A stretch of 64,000 nt of DNA from Octopus vulgaris (lineage: Eukaryota): positions 100,936,001 to 101,000,000 of the forward strand of contig OX597823.1 in NCBI GenBank assembly GCA_951406725.2, given 5' to 3'. The notes below the pieces were generated by a model that was given only the letters and a program-made list of their open reading frames with translations, searched no databases and was not told the origin of the DNA. This document shows positions 11,923 through 23,442 of this stretch, piece by piece. Positions within the stretch are counted from its first letter, which is position 1. The number at the start of each line of letters is the position of its first letter. Made by a program: the position numbers and the translations under genes.

Positions 11923-13082
11923 TATTGGGTCATCTCATAAATAATGCAGTTTTTTCAATTGCATGAACTAAAAGTTGGAAGGGGATGAGATAAACTACCT
12001 GCATCAACTTGCTATAAAAGCAGGTGCTAATGTTACCTTGACTTATTCTTAGTACAAGTTTTGAAGAGTGCAGTTCGATTTTAACAGCTATTTTTTCAAA
12101 GCTATAATGGAAGTGACAAAGGAGCATATTCAACATATTTTGCTTTATGAGTTCAATAAAGGCAACAACACAATTGAAAGTGTGAGAAATATTAATGCAG
12201 TTTATGAGGATCAGACAGTAATCATAAGCCAGCATTACTGGTGGTTCCAGAAATTCTGAACTGGCAATTACAGCCTACAAGATGAGCCACATCGTGAAAA
12301 ATCTTTAAACCTCAACGAGGATGACCTGCAAATCCTGGTGGAACAAAATCCCACCGAAACTGTTGAGGAGCCAGCAAAGAAGGTTGAATTTTGTCATTCA
12401 ATCATTTATCGATATCTACATGCCATCAGAAAAGCCAGAAAATCGGGTCAGTGGGTTTTGAGTCTAATTGCCTGCATAGAGGGAATGTGTGCTCTTCTTT
12501 GCTGCCACATCTCACAAATGAACCTTTTTCAGACTGAATAGTGATTGGTGATGAGAAATTGGTTCTCTTCTCTATAAAAATGTTGAGTGCTGAAGACAGT
12601 GGGTAGGGAAAGGAGAAACAGTGACACCCCAGGTTAATGAAGGTCTTCACCCACATAAAGTGTTGTTATCTCTTTGGTGGGATATGAAAGGTTTAGTCAT
12701 CTTTGAACTTTTAAACCCAAACCAAATGATAACAAAGGAGATCTACCCAAAGTTACATGAACTTGGCTGGCATCTTACTCCATCTACCATATTCTCCTGA
12801 TAATGCACCACCTGACTACCACTTGTTTTTGTCACTACAGAACTCATTGCAAGGAAAAACATGCAATGATTTAGATGGAGTAAAAATACACCTACATAAC
12901 TTTTTTCTTCAAAACCAGTCAAATTTTTATGCTGATGGAATATTTAAATTGCCTGATAGAAGGGAAAATGTTATTACTAATAATGAAAATGATTCCATTG
13001 AATAAAATTTATTGAAATGTCAATTATTTAAATCCATTTTTACATACCAAAAAATGCTCGGGACTTTCTGGACAACCTAATA
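11923..13082 (+). mobile_element. Mariner (Tc1/mariner, Mos1/Hsmar-like) pseudo-transposon, internally deleted, with non-matching TIRs
   Basis: N-terminal HTH (MEVTKEHIQHILLYEFNKG), IVIGDEKLV, SLWWDMKG, and HLPYSPDNAPPDYHLF. TA-flanked ends read TATTGGGTCATC... and ...GGACAACCTAATA. Confidence 0.85.
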
Positions 13083-13143
13083 TATACAGAGGATGTACTC
13101 GCATAGCAAGTAATTTGATCTGAGATCGTGTGCTGAAACGAAA

Positions 13144-13424
13144 ACAATTGCAGCGTGGAAGGTGTTTATAAGCCATTTAAGAAACACACAAAAGCCGTTC
13201 GATTCACTTCAACATTTAAGTTTAATTTGTCAAAATATTTTCGTCGATAAAATCCGCGACCTGTTCACTGACAAAGTCCGTGCTGCACGGACTTTGTCAG
13301 TGAACAGGTCGCGGATTTTATCGACGAAAATATTTTGACAAATTAAACTTAAATGTTGAAGTGAATCGAACGGCTTTTGTGTGTTTCTTAAATGGCTTAT
13401 AAACACCTTCCACGCTGCAATTGT
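13144..13424. repeat. Perfect 281-bp palindrome (140-bp arms, 1-nt loop at 13284)
   Basis: ACAATTGCAGCGTGG...GTCCGTGC-T-GCACGGAC...CCACGCTGCAATTGT. An unpaired ~60-nt extension lies on the left (13085-13143). Confidence 0.92.
13293..13342 (+). ncRNA. Minimal hammerhead ribozyme with G3-C8 core variant (mirror copy on - strand at 13226-13275)
   Basis: Stem I TTTGTCA/TGACAAA (7 bp), core GTGAACA, extra G, stem II GTCG/CGAC, GAA, palindromic AATATT, H=T. Confidence 0.7.
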
Positions 13425-14789
13425 CTAATATATACATATGGTGATTAATTTGATTATTATAAACCCTCCAAAGTAGAGCCCCAGCATGACTGCAGTTCAA
13501 TGATTGAGACAAGCAAAGGAACTGAAGAAAGAAAGAATTAAAAAATATAATAAACTATTATTCCTTCACACAAATTTATTATAATTCAGTCTTAGAGTCA
13601 GAGACTTGCACACATCTTAAACCAAGATGGAGCAATAAGAATTGCTATCATTTAAACCCTCTCCTTCTACTCCTTGAGGGTCCTGGATGGGAATTGTTAT
13701 TTAGATAATAGAGTTTAAAGATTATGATGAATTTAGACTGACTCCAAAGATTCACTAGCTTCCTGCCATTTTGGCAACATGCCAAAATGACTGTAGACAA
13801 TATATTCCTGGGTGTATGCATTTGCCTCTGCATGTGGAGGGGTGTTTATATGTGAATATGTGTGTGTACACACACACCTGCTCATATAAAAGCATGCAAT
13901 ATACACATTTTAAATACATGAAAGAGATACGTGTGCAAATGTGTCTGTGTGTATATGTGTTTGTGTGTACATGTATGTGTGTATGTGTTTGTGTATATGC
14001 ATGTGTGTGTGTATGTGTGTATGTAAATCTGTTATTTATTGGTTAGCAAGCAAGGAATTTCTTTGGTTAATTTTTTTCAGTTTCTTTTTAAAGTTCATTC
14101 CTCCAGTCACTTATCTCTATACATGTTTATATTGCTGGGTTTTCTTTAATTTAGAAACATATGAGTTTATATGTTTGTGTGTGTGTGTGTCTTTGTACAC
14201 ATGATTTTGCATATGTCAACATGCATGTGTGTGTTTGTGTATGCATGATTTCCTCTCACCACCACCACCACCATCATAATAATGATCATCATCATCATTA
14301 CCACAACCAGCACCATCACCAGCAGCCATCATCATTATCATCATCGTCATCATCATTTTAACATGTACTTTCCCATGCTTGCAGTCAATATGTAGAAGCA
14401 GATTTTTTTTATATCTGGATGCTCTTCTTGTTGCCAACTCCCAGCTGTTTTCAAGCAATGGTATACTTTGCCCAAATCCACAGATGTTTTAAGCAAAAAT
14501 CGTGAACAGAAAGCACTGCTTGTAAGAAGGTGATGATTTTCTTTACTATCGACACATGATGTCATGACAAGGGGACAGAAACGCACAAATGCATACACAC
14601 ACAAATACATATATACATACATGTATACACACACACATATATATATATATACTAGCATTATGACCCGGCATTGCTGGGTCATAGTGCTAGTGCATGTATA
14701 TATGTGTATATATATGTGTACATATTACATCTATATATATACATCTACACATAAAATACAAAATACAAAGTTATATCTTGATATCGCTA

Positions 14790-15697
14790 GTGATAACAAT
14801 ACTCAAAATATATAACAGACTGGAATTGTAGGCCCGTCTCTTGCAATTTCGATCAATTGGATCTTGTCCTCCCTCTTGTATAGAAGTGTGGCTACAATTC
14901 AGCCTACCTCTACTTCTGGGGGGACATTTTTAATTTTTATCCGGGACGTCCTATGTCCCAGATATAAAGGTAAAAATAAAATATTTCCACTTTGCAAGGT
15001 TCGAGTCGAGTACTCCCTTGCACACTCTGTTGACTCAAACTTTGCTTCTATTGTGGCGAATTTACCGCCTCTGGTTATATACTTGATATATTTCATAGTC
15101 GCACCAAGACACTTTTCGATGGTGCTTTCCTCCAGGTGTTCAAATCTTTTTTTCTCTACATTGTATACTTTATAGACAGTAGTCTTTTCTTTAATTTAAT
15201 TTTTTATTTCATTTGGTGGTGTTATCCTAGATTCCCTGTCTTTGTCAGTGATCAATCCGAAATATGTTTGTATTTCTTCCATTTTAATTTTAATGAGTTC
15301 GCGCCCACCGACAGCTGCAGCGAAATTCATTTTTGGACTTTCTTCTATCGCAGGCATTTTAACAAAAATGCTTCTGTATAAACGGTGAAAATATTGTCAA
15401 TTTCCCAAACAGGGACACAATTCAATTTTTAAACAATAACCAAAGCTCCTTCTCCCAAAGGGGGAGGGTTACGGTTTACAATTATTTAACAAATGCAACA
15501 CAACAATGTTTTCCTTACGAGGAACCAACAAACATGATAACAATAGTTAAACAGTAATAATAATAACAACACACCTTACGGTGAATCAAAATGCAGTATG
15601 CAGTTGAAGCTATAGTCCTTTATGTATAAGAAATAAACCAACAGCAGTACTCAGTAGAAGCGGTTGTTCGAGAAAACAGACATTACATACAGCCAAA
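14790..15697 (-). mobile_element. 5' fragment of a non-LTR retrotransposon (5' UTR + ORF1 remnant)
   Basis: Broken minus-strand ORF MPAIEESPKMNFAAAV... and ...TSRIKIKNVPPEVEVG, resembling the RRM-type ORF1 of L1/Tx1-like elements. Confidence 0.4.
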
Positions 15698-15699
15698 CT

Positions 15700-17477
15700 T
15701 CATCATCATCATCATCATCGTTTAGCATCCACTTTCCATGCTAGCATGGGTTGGACGGTTCAACAGGGGTCTGGGAAGCCAGAAGGCTGCACCAGGCTCA
15801 GTCTGATCTGGCAATGTTTCTATGGCTGGATGCCCTTCCTAACACCAACCACTCCGTGAGTGCAGTGGGTGCTTTATACATGCCAGATGAGGCTGGCAAA
15901 CGGCCACGATCAGATGGTGCTTTTTATGTTCCACCGGCACGAAGGCCAGGTGAGGCTGGCAATGGCCACGATTGGATGGTGCTTTTTACGTGCCACCGGC
16001 ACGGAAGTCAGTCGGGGCAGCACTGGCAACTGCCACGTTCGGATGGTTCTCTTAGGTGCCACCAGCACTGGTATCACAGCTACAATTTCCATTGATGTTG
16101 ATTGATTTCGATTTTGATTCTGATTCTCACTTGCTTCAACAGGTCTTCACAAGTAGAGTTTTGTGTCCCAAGAAGGAAAGGTATGCATAAGTGGATTAGC
16201 TACATCCCAGATAGAGGCCACGGGTTATGGTCTCACTTGTCCTGCTGGGTCTTCTCACGCACAGCATACTTCCATTGGTCTCGGTCTCTAGTCATTTCCT
16301 CGGTGAGACCTAAAGTTCGAAGTTCGTGCTTCACCACTTCATCCCAAGTCTTCCTGGGTCTACCTCTTCCACAGGTTCCCTCAACGGCTAGGGTGTGGAA
16401 CTTTTTCACACCGCTATCCTCATCCATTCTCACCAGATGACCATACCAGCACAGTCGTCTCTCTTGCACACCACATCTAATGCTTCTTAGGTCCAACTTT
16501 TCTCTCAAGATACTTACACTCTGTCGAGTATGCACACTGACATTACACATCCATCAGATCATACTGGCTTCATTCCTTGCGAGCTTATGCATATGCTCAG
16601 TAGTCACTGCCCATGTTTCACTGACGTGTAGCATGGCTGTTCATACACATGCGTCATACAGTCTACCTTTTACTCTGAGCGAGAGGCCCTTTGTCACCAG
16701 CAGAAGTAAGAGCTCTCTGAACTTAGCCCAGGCTATTCTTATTCTAGCAGCTATACTTTCAGTGCACCCTCCTCTGCTACTGATTTGGTCACCTAGATAA
16801 CGGAAGCTATCAACTACTTCTAGTTTTTCTCCCTGGAATGTGGCGGATGTTAGTCTCTGCACATTTTCAGTGTTTATTGCCTCCGAGCATCTGCCACATA
16901 CAAAAACTATCTTCCCAGTTAGCCTTCCTTTGATATTACTGCACCTCTTGTGTGTCCATAGCTTACACTGGGTACATCTTATAGAGTTTCTACCTACACC
17001 TCTACTACAGATCGAGCAGGGCCATCTACCTGAAGGGATTTGTGGTTTGGCTGCCTTCCTACTTATTAGGACTTTGGTTTTAGCTAGGTTGATTCTAAGG
17101 CCCTTCGATTCTAATCCTTGTCTCCACACTTGAAACTTCTCTTCTAGTTCTGATAGCAACTCAGTGATTAGGGCAAGGTCATCAGCACAGAGGAGCTCCC
17201 AGGGGCATCCTGACTGGAATTCCTCCGTTATTGCCAGGAGGACTATGATAAATAGGAGGGGGCTGAGAACTGAACCTTGGTGGACCCCTACCTCTACCTT
17301 GAATTCTTCAGTGTACTTGTTGCCAACACTTACCTTACTTACAGCGTCCCTGTACATGGCTCACACAGCTCTCACTAACCATTCATCTATCCCTAGTTTC
17401 CTCATTGACCACCAGATAAGGGATCGGGAGACCCTGTCAAAGGCTTTCTCCATGTTAATGAAAGCCAGGTACAGGGG
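15700..17477 (-). mobile_element. RTE LINE, 3' part (RT with PHD-finger insertion, C-terminus, 3' UTR, (ATG)n tail)
   Basis: GVHQGSVLSPLLF, CADD (YADD), FRYLG, RRLCWYGH and GRGRPRKTW motifs. Continues at 20163-20738 after the gypsy insertion. Confidence 0.9.
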
Positions 17478-17705
17478 TGTTATGTGTAGTTTGGGTTCTA
17501 ATGGGAGAGACAACCAAATGAAATCCGTTGTTCTTGTTTACGTGTTTATTTACTATTCATGTTACACGGACTCGACATTCAGCATAGTGATACATAATAT
17601 ACTTTACACACAGTTTGTATTGTTCATTAACAAAATAGTGCTAAAAGTGGGGATGTATTCTATACAAGTGTGCCAACGTATACACACAGATATGAATGTG
17701 TAACA
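17478..17705 (-). repeat. 3' LTR of Ty3/gypsy family A
   Basis: TGTTA...TAACA termini. Adjacent PPT (AAGAAGAAGGGA on - strand, 17706-17717). Homologous to 40453-41014 and 50566-50791. Confidence 0.88.
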
Positions 17706-20162
17706 TCCCTTCTTCTTGAAAAAATAAAGGGGTCTTTTGGCAGTGAAGACAATATAAGTAGTCTCCCTTACTCTAATGGATTGTCAGCCTGAGGTGGCAA
17801 TCCTGCAGCAGAAATCATGAGATTATTCTGCCTCTGCTTTGTAGTCTAGCTGAATTAGTTACTTATCTTTTCATTTTCTTTCTTTTTTTCTTTAACGGTA
17901 TCGAACCGGTGGCAGAATGTTCTTTCTCCATCTGGTGGATCTTGTGCTTCGCACCGGTGTCTGAGGTGTATTGTTGGGCTGCTGATAGGTGGTTGGTGCC
18001 CGTTGGGGTGATGATTCTGTAGGTGTTGTCACTGATGCAGCAGGTGTTGTACACGTTGTCCTCGACAGCTTTGGTGTTGGGCGGATGTGGGCCCTGTTGC
18101 GTCTCAGCTGCCTACCAGATTCCGTTTCTATTATATATGATCTTGGAGTTTCAACTCTACTGACAACCTGTGCTGGGATCCATGTTTTAGTTATGGGATC
18201 TTGAGTATGCACATGTTGTCCTCCAAGTATCTCAGGTAAATATTGTGCATGTTTGTTGTAATGCCTCTGTGATTGTTCTTGAGTGGCTGCTAGCTTTGCC
18301 CTTGTCTCTTCCTGGTCAATAGGAGGTTGGATCTTAGTTGGCAGGGTAGTTTTGTACTTCCTGCCATTCAGCAATTCTGCTGGGGATTTCATGTCAGCTC
18401 TCAGTGGTGTCGCTCGTAGGGACAGAAGTGCCAGGTGTGGGTCTTCCTTAGTCTCTCAGCATTTGATTAGTGTTCTCTTCACTGTCTGCACCTGTCTTTC
18501 TATAAACCCATGACCTTTGGGGTAGTGTGGAGATGAGGTTGTGATATTGAACCCATACTCATCGGCTAGCTTTTTGAATTCTTGCGATGTGAACTGGGTT
18601 CCATTGTCACATATGATCTGCTCTGGTATTCCTTGCTTTGCTAGAAGTCCTCGAGCCACTGTAGTGATTGTTTTGGCTGTCAGGTCTTACACTTTTCTCA
18701 CAGATGGAAATTTGGAGTAGTAGCAGGCCATTATCAAATACCATTCTTGGCCCTCTGTGAACAGATCTACTCCAATAGTTTGCCATGGCCTTGGGATGTC
18801 ACTAGATATCATTTCCTCCTTTTGTTGTGAGTTTCTGTACTTTTGACAGATGTGGCATGTAGAAACTGTGTTTTCTGGCTTTGTACATGCCTACCCAATA
18901 TATTGCTGACTTGGCTCGGAGCTTGCATTTCTCCATTCCTAGATGCCCTTGGTGGATCTTGTCAAGAATCTCCTTTTGCATTGACTTGGGTATAATGATT
19001 CGGGATCCAGCCATCAGGATTCCATCCTCCACTGATATATCATCATGGATGGCCCAATATTCACGAATTAGGGGCTGCACCTGATGTCTCTTTTCTGGCC
19101 ACCCCTGAATCACCATCTGAGTAAGGAGCTGAAGTTCTTCATCTTTGCTGGTCTCCTCTTTGATTTCTGTTAGCTTTGTGGTTGTCACATTCACAATGTG
19201 GTGGACCTTTATGCTTAGTCTTTCCATCTCCTCTTTATCATGTGAGGATAGTCTGGAAAGAGCATCTGCCAATATCAGGTCTTTTCCTGGCTTGTACCTG
19301 ATGTCATAGTCGTATGTTTGAAGCCTTAGTAGTAATCTTTGCAGTCTGGCTGGTGCTTTTGTCAGGTTTTTTCTATGTATTTGTTCTAGCGGGCGATGGT
19401 TTGTTTCTATATTGAAATGTCTGCCATACAGGTATGTATGGAACTTTTCACATCCATATACTACTGCCAGAAGTAGTATATTTGCGTACTTTGTCTCTGT
19501 GGGTGAGAGAGCTTTCGAGGCATATGCAATGGGTTTACCTTCCTGTATCAGTGATGCACCAACTCCTCTCATAGAAGCATCGACTTGGAGTGTTACTGGT
19601 TTGCGTCTGTCATAGTATTGCAGAGTTGTCTCCTTACTGATGAGCTTTTTGATTGATTTGAAATCCTGTGTGTGTGAAGCACACCAATCAAACTCTACGT
19701 CATCTTTGTTTAGCTCTCGGAGATTTGCAGTGTGATTGGCCAGCTTGGGTATGAAGGCTCCCATGTAGTGAATGAGTCCCAGGAATCTCCTGAGTTCCTT
19801 CTTGTCTTTAGGTTCTTTAATGTCTCTGATGGCTTCCACTTTAACGGGGTCTGGTTTAACTCCCTCTGCAGAGTATATAATTCCAAAGAATTTGCACTCC
19901 TTTTCTTTTATTATACACTTGTCTGCATTGAGTTTGATGCCTGCTTGTCGGGTTTTCTCCATAGCTTCATGTAAATTGAAGTCATGTGTGGTCTCATCCT
20001 TGCCATGCACTTGGATGTCATCTGCTATTCCAATTGCTCCCTTGCAGCCTTGGTAGGTCCCATCTATTTGGCGCTGGAAAACATCTTGGCTCACCTTCAA
20101 TCCAAATGGGAGTCGGTTGAACCGATATCTGCCAAATGGTGTGTTGAAGGTAGTGAGCATTG
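17478..20162 (-). mobile_element. 5'-truncated Ty3/gypsy element (RT-RNaseH-integrase) inserted in an RTE LINE
   Basis: ORF 18802-20160 has TFNTPFGRYRFNRLPFGL, IADD, VDAS, ADALSR and the integrase zinc-finger start (IHQGHLGMEKC). Integrase core CDNGTQF and HGFIERQV lies at 18456-18659. Confidence 0.92.
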
Positions 20163-20738
20163 AGCCAGGTACAGGGGCTTATCTTTGGCTAGGTATTTCT
20201 CCTGCAACTGTCTCACCAAAAATATGGCATCAGTGGTACTTTTCCCTGGCACGAAACCAAACTGTATCTTATCCAAGTTGACTAACCCAAACTGCATCTC
20301 ATCTAAACTAACTCTCTCTCTAATTAGTTGGGCTATGACCCTCTCCGTAACCTTCATTATCTGATCCAACAGCTTGATACCTCTGTAATTATTTGTATCT
20401 AGGGCGTCACCTTTACCTTTGTAGCAGTTGACTATTATGCTGCTACACCAGTCATTGGGTATGACTCCTTCATGTATCACCTGGTTAAATATACGGGTGA
20501 CTAGGCTGTAGCCGACACTGCCAGATATTTTGAGCATCTTTGCAGTAATTCCTGATGGGCCTGTCTTCATGCTTCTAATTGCCTTGACTACCAAGGAACA
20601 GTCAACTCGGATAGCTGGTCCCTCTGTTGGGTCGACATTCGGTAGACTCTCTTTATCCCATGCATTTTCTTTATTCAGCAACCTTTCATAATTGTGTCTC
20701 CAAACCACTCTCTTTGCATCCTCATTTAGTGCAAGTGA
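20163..20738 (-). mobile_element. RTE LINE, upstream part of the element interrupted at 17477
   Basis: KGKGDALDTNNYRGIKLL, QFGFVPGKSTTDAIF, KYLAKDKPLYLA; contiguous with 17463-17477. Confidence 0.88.
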
Positions 20739-21500
20739 TGCATTGACAGGCTTTGTCCTTGAATGTGGCTTGGTACCAGCAAAGATTGGAAACTGTTGGA
20801 GTAGAACTAGGTGACTGTGACTTAGAATGGCTTCTGCTGCGAGGACAATGAGAGCTGGCATGTTCTTCCCACAATGTGTCCATGTGACGTGCTAGTACAT
20901 CGACTCTCTCCAAAATGTTGTCATGTGACGAGGGAGAAGACTTTGTGGTAATAGAGGAAGCTACTACGGGGTCTGAACAGGTATGGTGAGGTGTGGGCTG
21001 CACAGTGAACTCTATGATCTTGTCCGCCATGATCAAGCAAATTGGAATCGACCATTGTGGCATGTATGGATTGGACATTCGGTGGTAGACGAAAGAAAAA
21101 CAATTTCCTAAGCAGAGGATTGTCCTCACATGAAGTGTCGCTGAGTTTACACAAACGACAAAGAAACTCAGATGGTGTCCTATCTCCCAGGTGTTCATCC
21201 TGCATCAGTGTCCGGAATTTACTTTCCATGGATTGTGTGTTCTGACGGAGAACCTCGGATTTGACGGACGAGTAAGTCGCATCCGGATGTGGGTCAGTGA
21301 TGAGATATTTCACTGAACGTGCAAGGGGTGCAGGCATCTCACTGTACAAAATATTTAGCTGCTGTTGATGAGGCACAGCACGGGTGGAAAAATATGCATC
21401 CAATTGAGCAAACCAAAGCTTAACATCACCAAAGTACGCAGGTAAGTTGGGAAGACTCATTTTGTATAGAGAAGAGAAAAAAAGGACCAACAAATCGACT
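20739..21500 (-). mobile_element. Ty3/gypsy gag remnant (family B)
   Basis: MSLPNLPAYFGDVKLWFAQLDAYF, LGDRTPSEFL, RLPPNVQSI, and a degenerate knuckle CWYQATFKDKACQC. Confidence 0.75.
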
Positions 21501-22029
21501 AAAGTGTTGCTGGAATAGTACCGTGTATGCGAAAAAATATTCTTGGCAAAATTTTTGTATCTTTTTGTGTACTGTGTTGCAGTCCGCTGAAAAAAACGTT
21601 TGTATTTTTTTTTTAATCATCAGAAAACGACAAGCAAACTGGTAATTTTTTTTCAATACGTGAGGCATTCCGAACATTGCGGCAGATAGGAACATTGGCT
21701 GGAAGTTGATGTTCGACTTGCTTGAAGTGTCCTCCTGTAGCTACATTTGGTGTATCTACTGGCATCAAACATTGACGGTCGACATTGTAGGATAAATTAC
21801 TTCAGCAGGAGATTACATGAAAGAATACCATGTCGTTCCTTGTAGAAAGAATGCATACTCTGCGAGGTACAAGTTCGAGGCAAAAAACAAATTCTAAAGG
21901 TTCACTTGAATGAGAGAAGATATTCTGATGTCGGGCCAGATTGCCATTCTGTAGTTCGGGTGAGGCATCTACAATGAGAAAGCTTGCAGCTGCCGAAATC
22001 CTTTTTCTGTCAGGCTCGTCATCTTATAA

Positions 22030-22330
22030 TGGAATTGAAGGCTTGTGATACCTGTGGAGTATCTCTGCAAATGGTTGCAGGCAAGATATTGCTCCTGTCT
22101 CAGACATGGAAATGGCTACCGGCGAAATCTCATACAAAATGACACTGGTTTCTTGTGTCTTGCTACAAGGGTGTTGATAGAAACTGCCTTCATTGCACCC
22201 AGTGCAAGCTTTGGACACACAAGAGGTGTAGCAGCATCAAAGGAAGGTTAATGGAGAGAATAATCTTTGTGTATGGTAAATGGGAAAGTACAATAAGCAC
22301 TAAAAATGTGCTGACAAACTCCAGTTTCTA
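22030..22330 (+). mobile_element. Degenerate RTE RT/PHD fragment
   Basis: CYKGVDRNCLHCTQCKLWTHKRCSSIKGRL is homologous to 16887-17018. Confidence 0.7.
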
Positions 22331-23385
22331 TGGCTGAAGAGGAGATAACCACCCCAAAATGCTTGCATCTCATAGTCGGATTAGGTGGTACTGTAAGCTG
22401 ATTTACGTGTATTCACACCATTTGTCTATAGCAAAAATTTTTATCCACGACAAAACACAGTGTGTGGTTTGTTTACGAGTTCCAACGTGCCACTGGCATA
22501 TTCGAACTGGTAATAACATTGCAATAATTAATGAGGTGTTGGCAAAAAAAACCCCAAAAAATCCAAAGAATAACGTATCTGTTTATTTTTAGTACATTCT
22601 GGCAAATTTGAATATAAATATCTGATGGCTGTCGTTTTTTCCGGTCAATGAATACCCCCCCCCCGTTATTTAGAAAATGTGTGTCCATAATATATATGAT
22701 TTACCGGTGTAAGAGGCCTTTCAGACACCAATCGAGACAACATCAGAACAAAGGATGTGACTCATAACCATTGCCTTGTTTTAGCGATTAGAAGATAATA
22801 AAATGCGTTAAATAATAAAAAGAAAAGTGTGATCTAACGAAAGCTAAATTCAAACATTTCAGAAAGGACCTTTGTTTTATCTTCAAAACTAAAAAATACA
22901 GTTCAGAAGTATTTTAGTTTAGTCGACACCGACTTTCACTATTTTCTTCGAATCAATTGCTTTTTGACTTGGCCCCCCCCCCAAGATGGAAGTTATCTCC
23001 CTTATAATCTTTTATGAGTTATTTCCCTTGTCGACTTGTGAGTGTTTTATGTACAAATATTTGTGACACCGGCACACTGCTGGAAATAAAGGTGATAGTG
23101 TGGAATAGTCAAAAATGTCACTGGTACTTTAAACGTGTAGTTGATTTCGACTGAATTTCACGTAGCAGCGAGGAACAAACACAGCAGGGCATTTGGTATG
23201 ATGGTCTAATGATTCTGCCAATCCACCACCACCAGCACCATATAAATAACAAAAATTTAAAATAACACCAAAAATAAGTGAAAAAACCATAATGAGCAAA
23301 CGCAGTCATTACAAACACACACACACTTATAAACAAACATATACACTTAGATTTTATAGCACAAAACTACAGGATTTAAAGAAGT

Positions 23386-23439
<54 letters not shown>

Positions 23440-23442
<3 letters not shown>

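Noticed and set aside
20097-20861. 254-aa ORF as a novel fusion protein
   Set aside because: It is a chance read-through across gag/RTE/gypsy junctions; only the middle is genuine RTE coding sequence.
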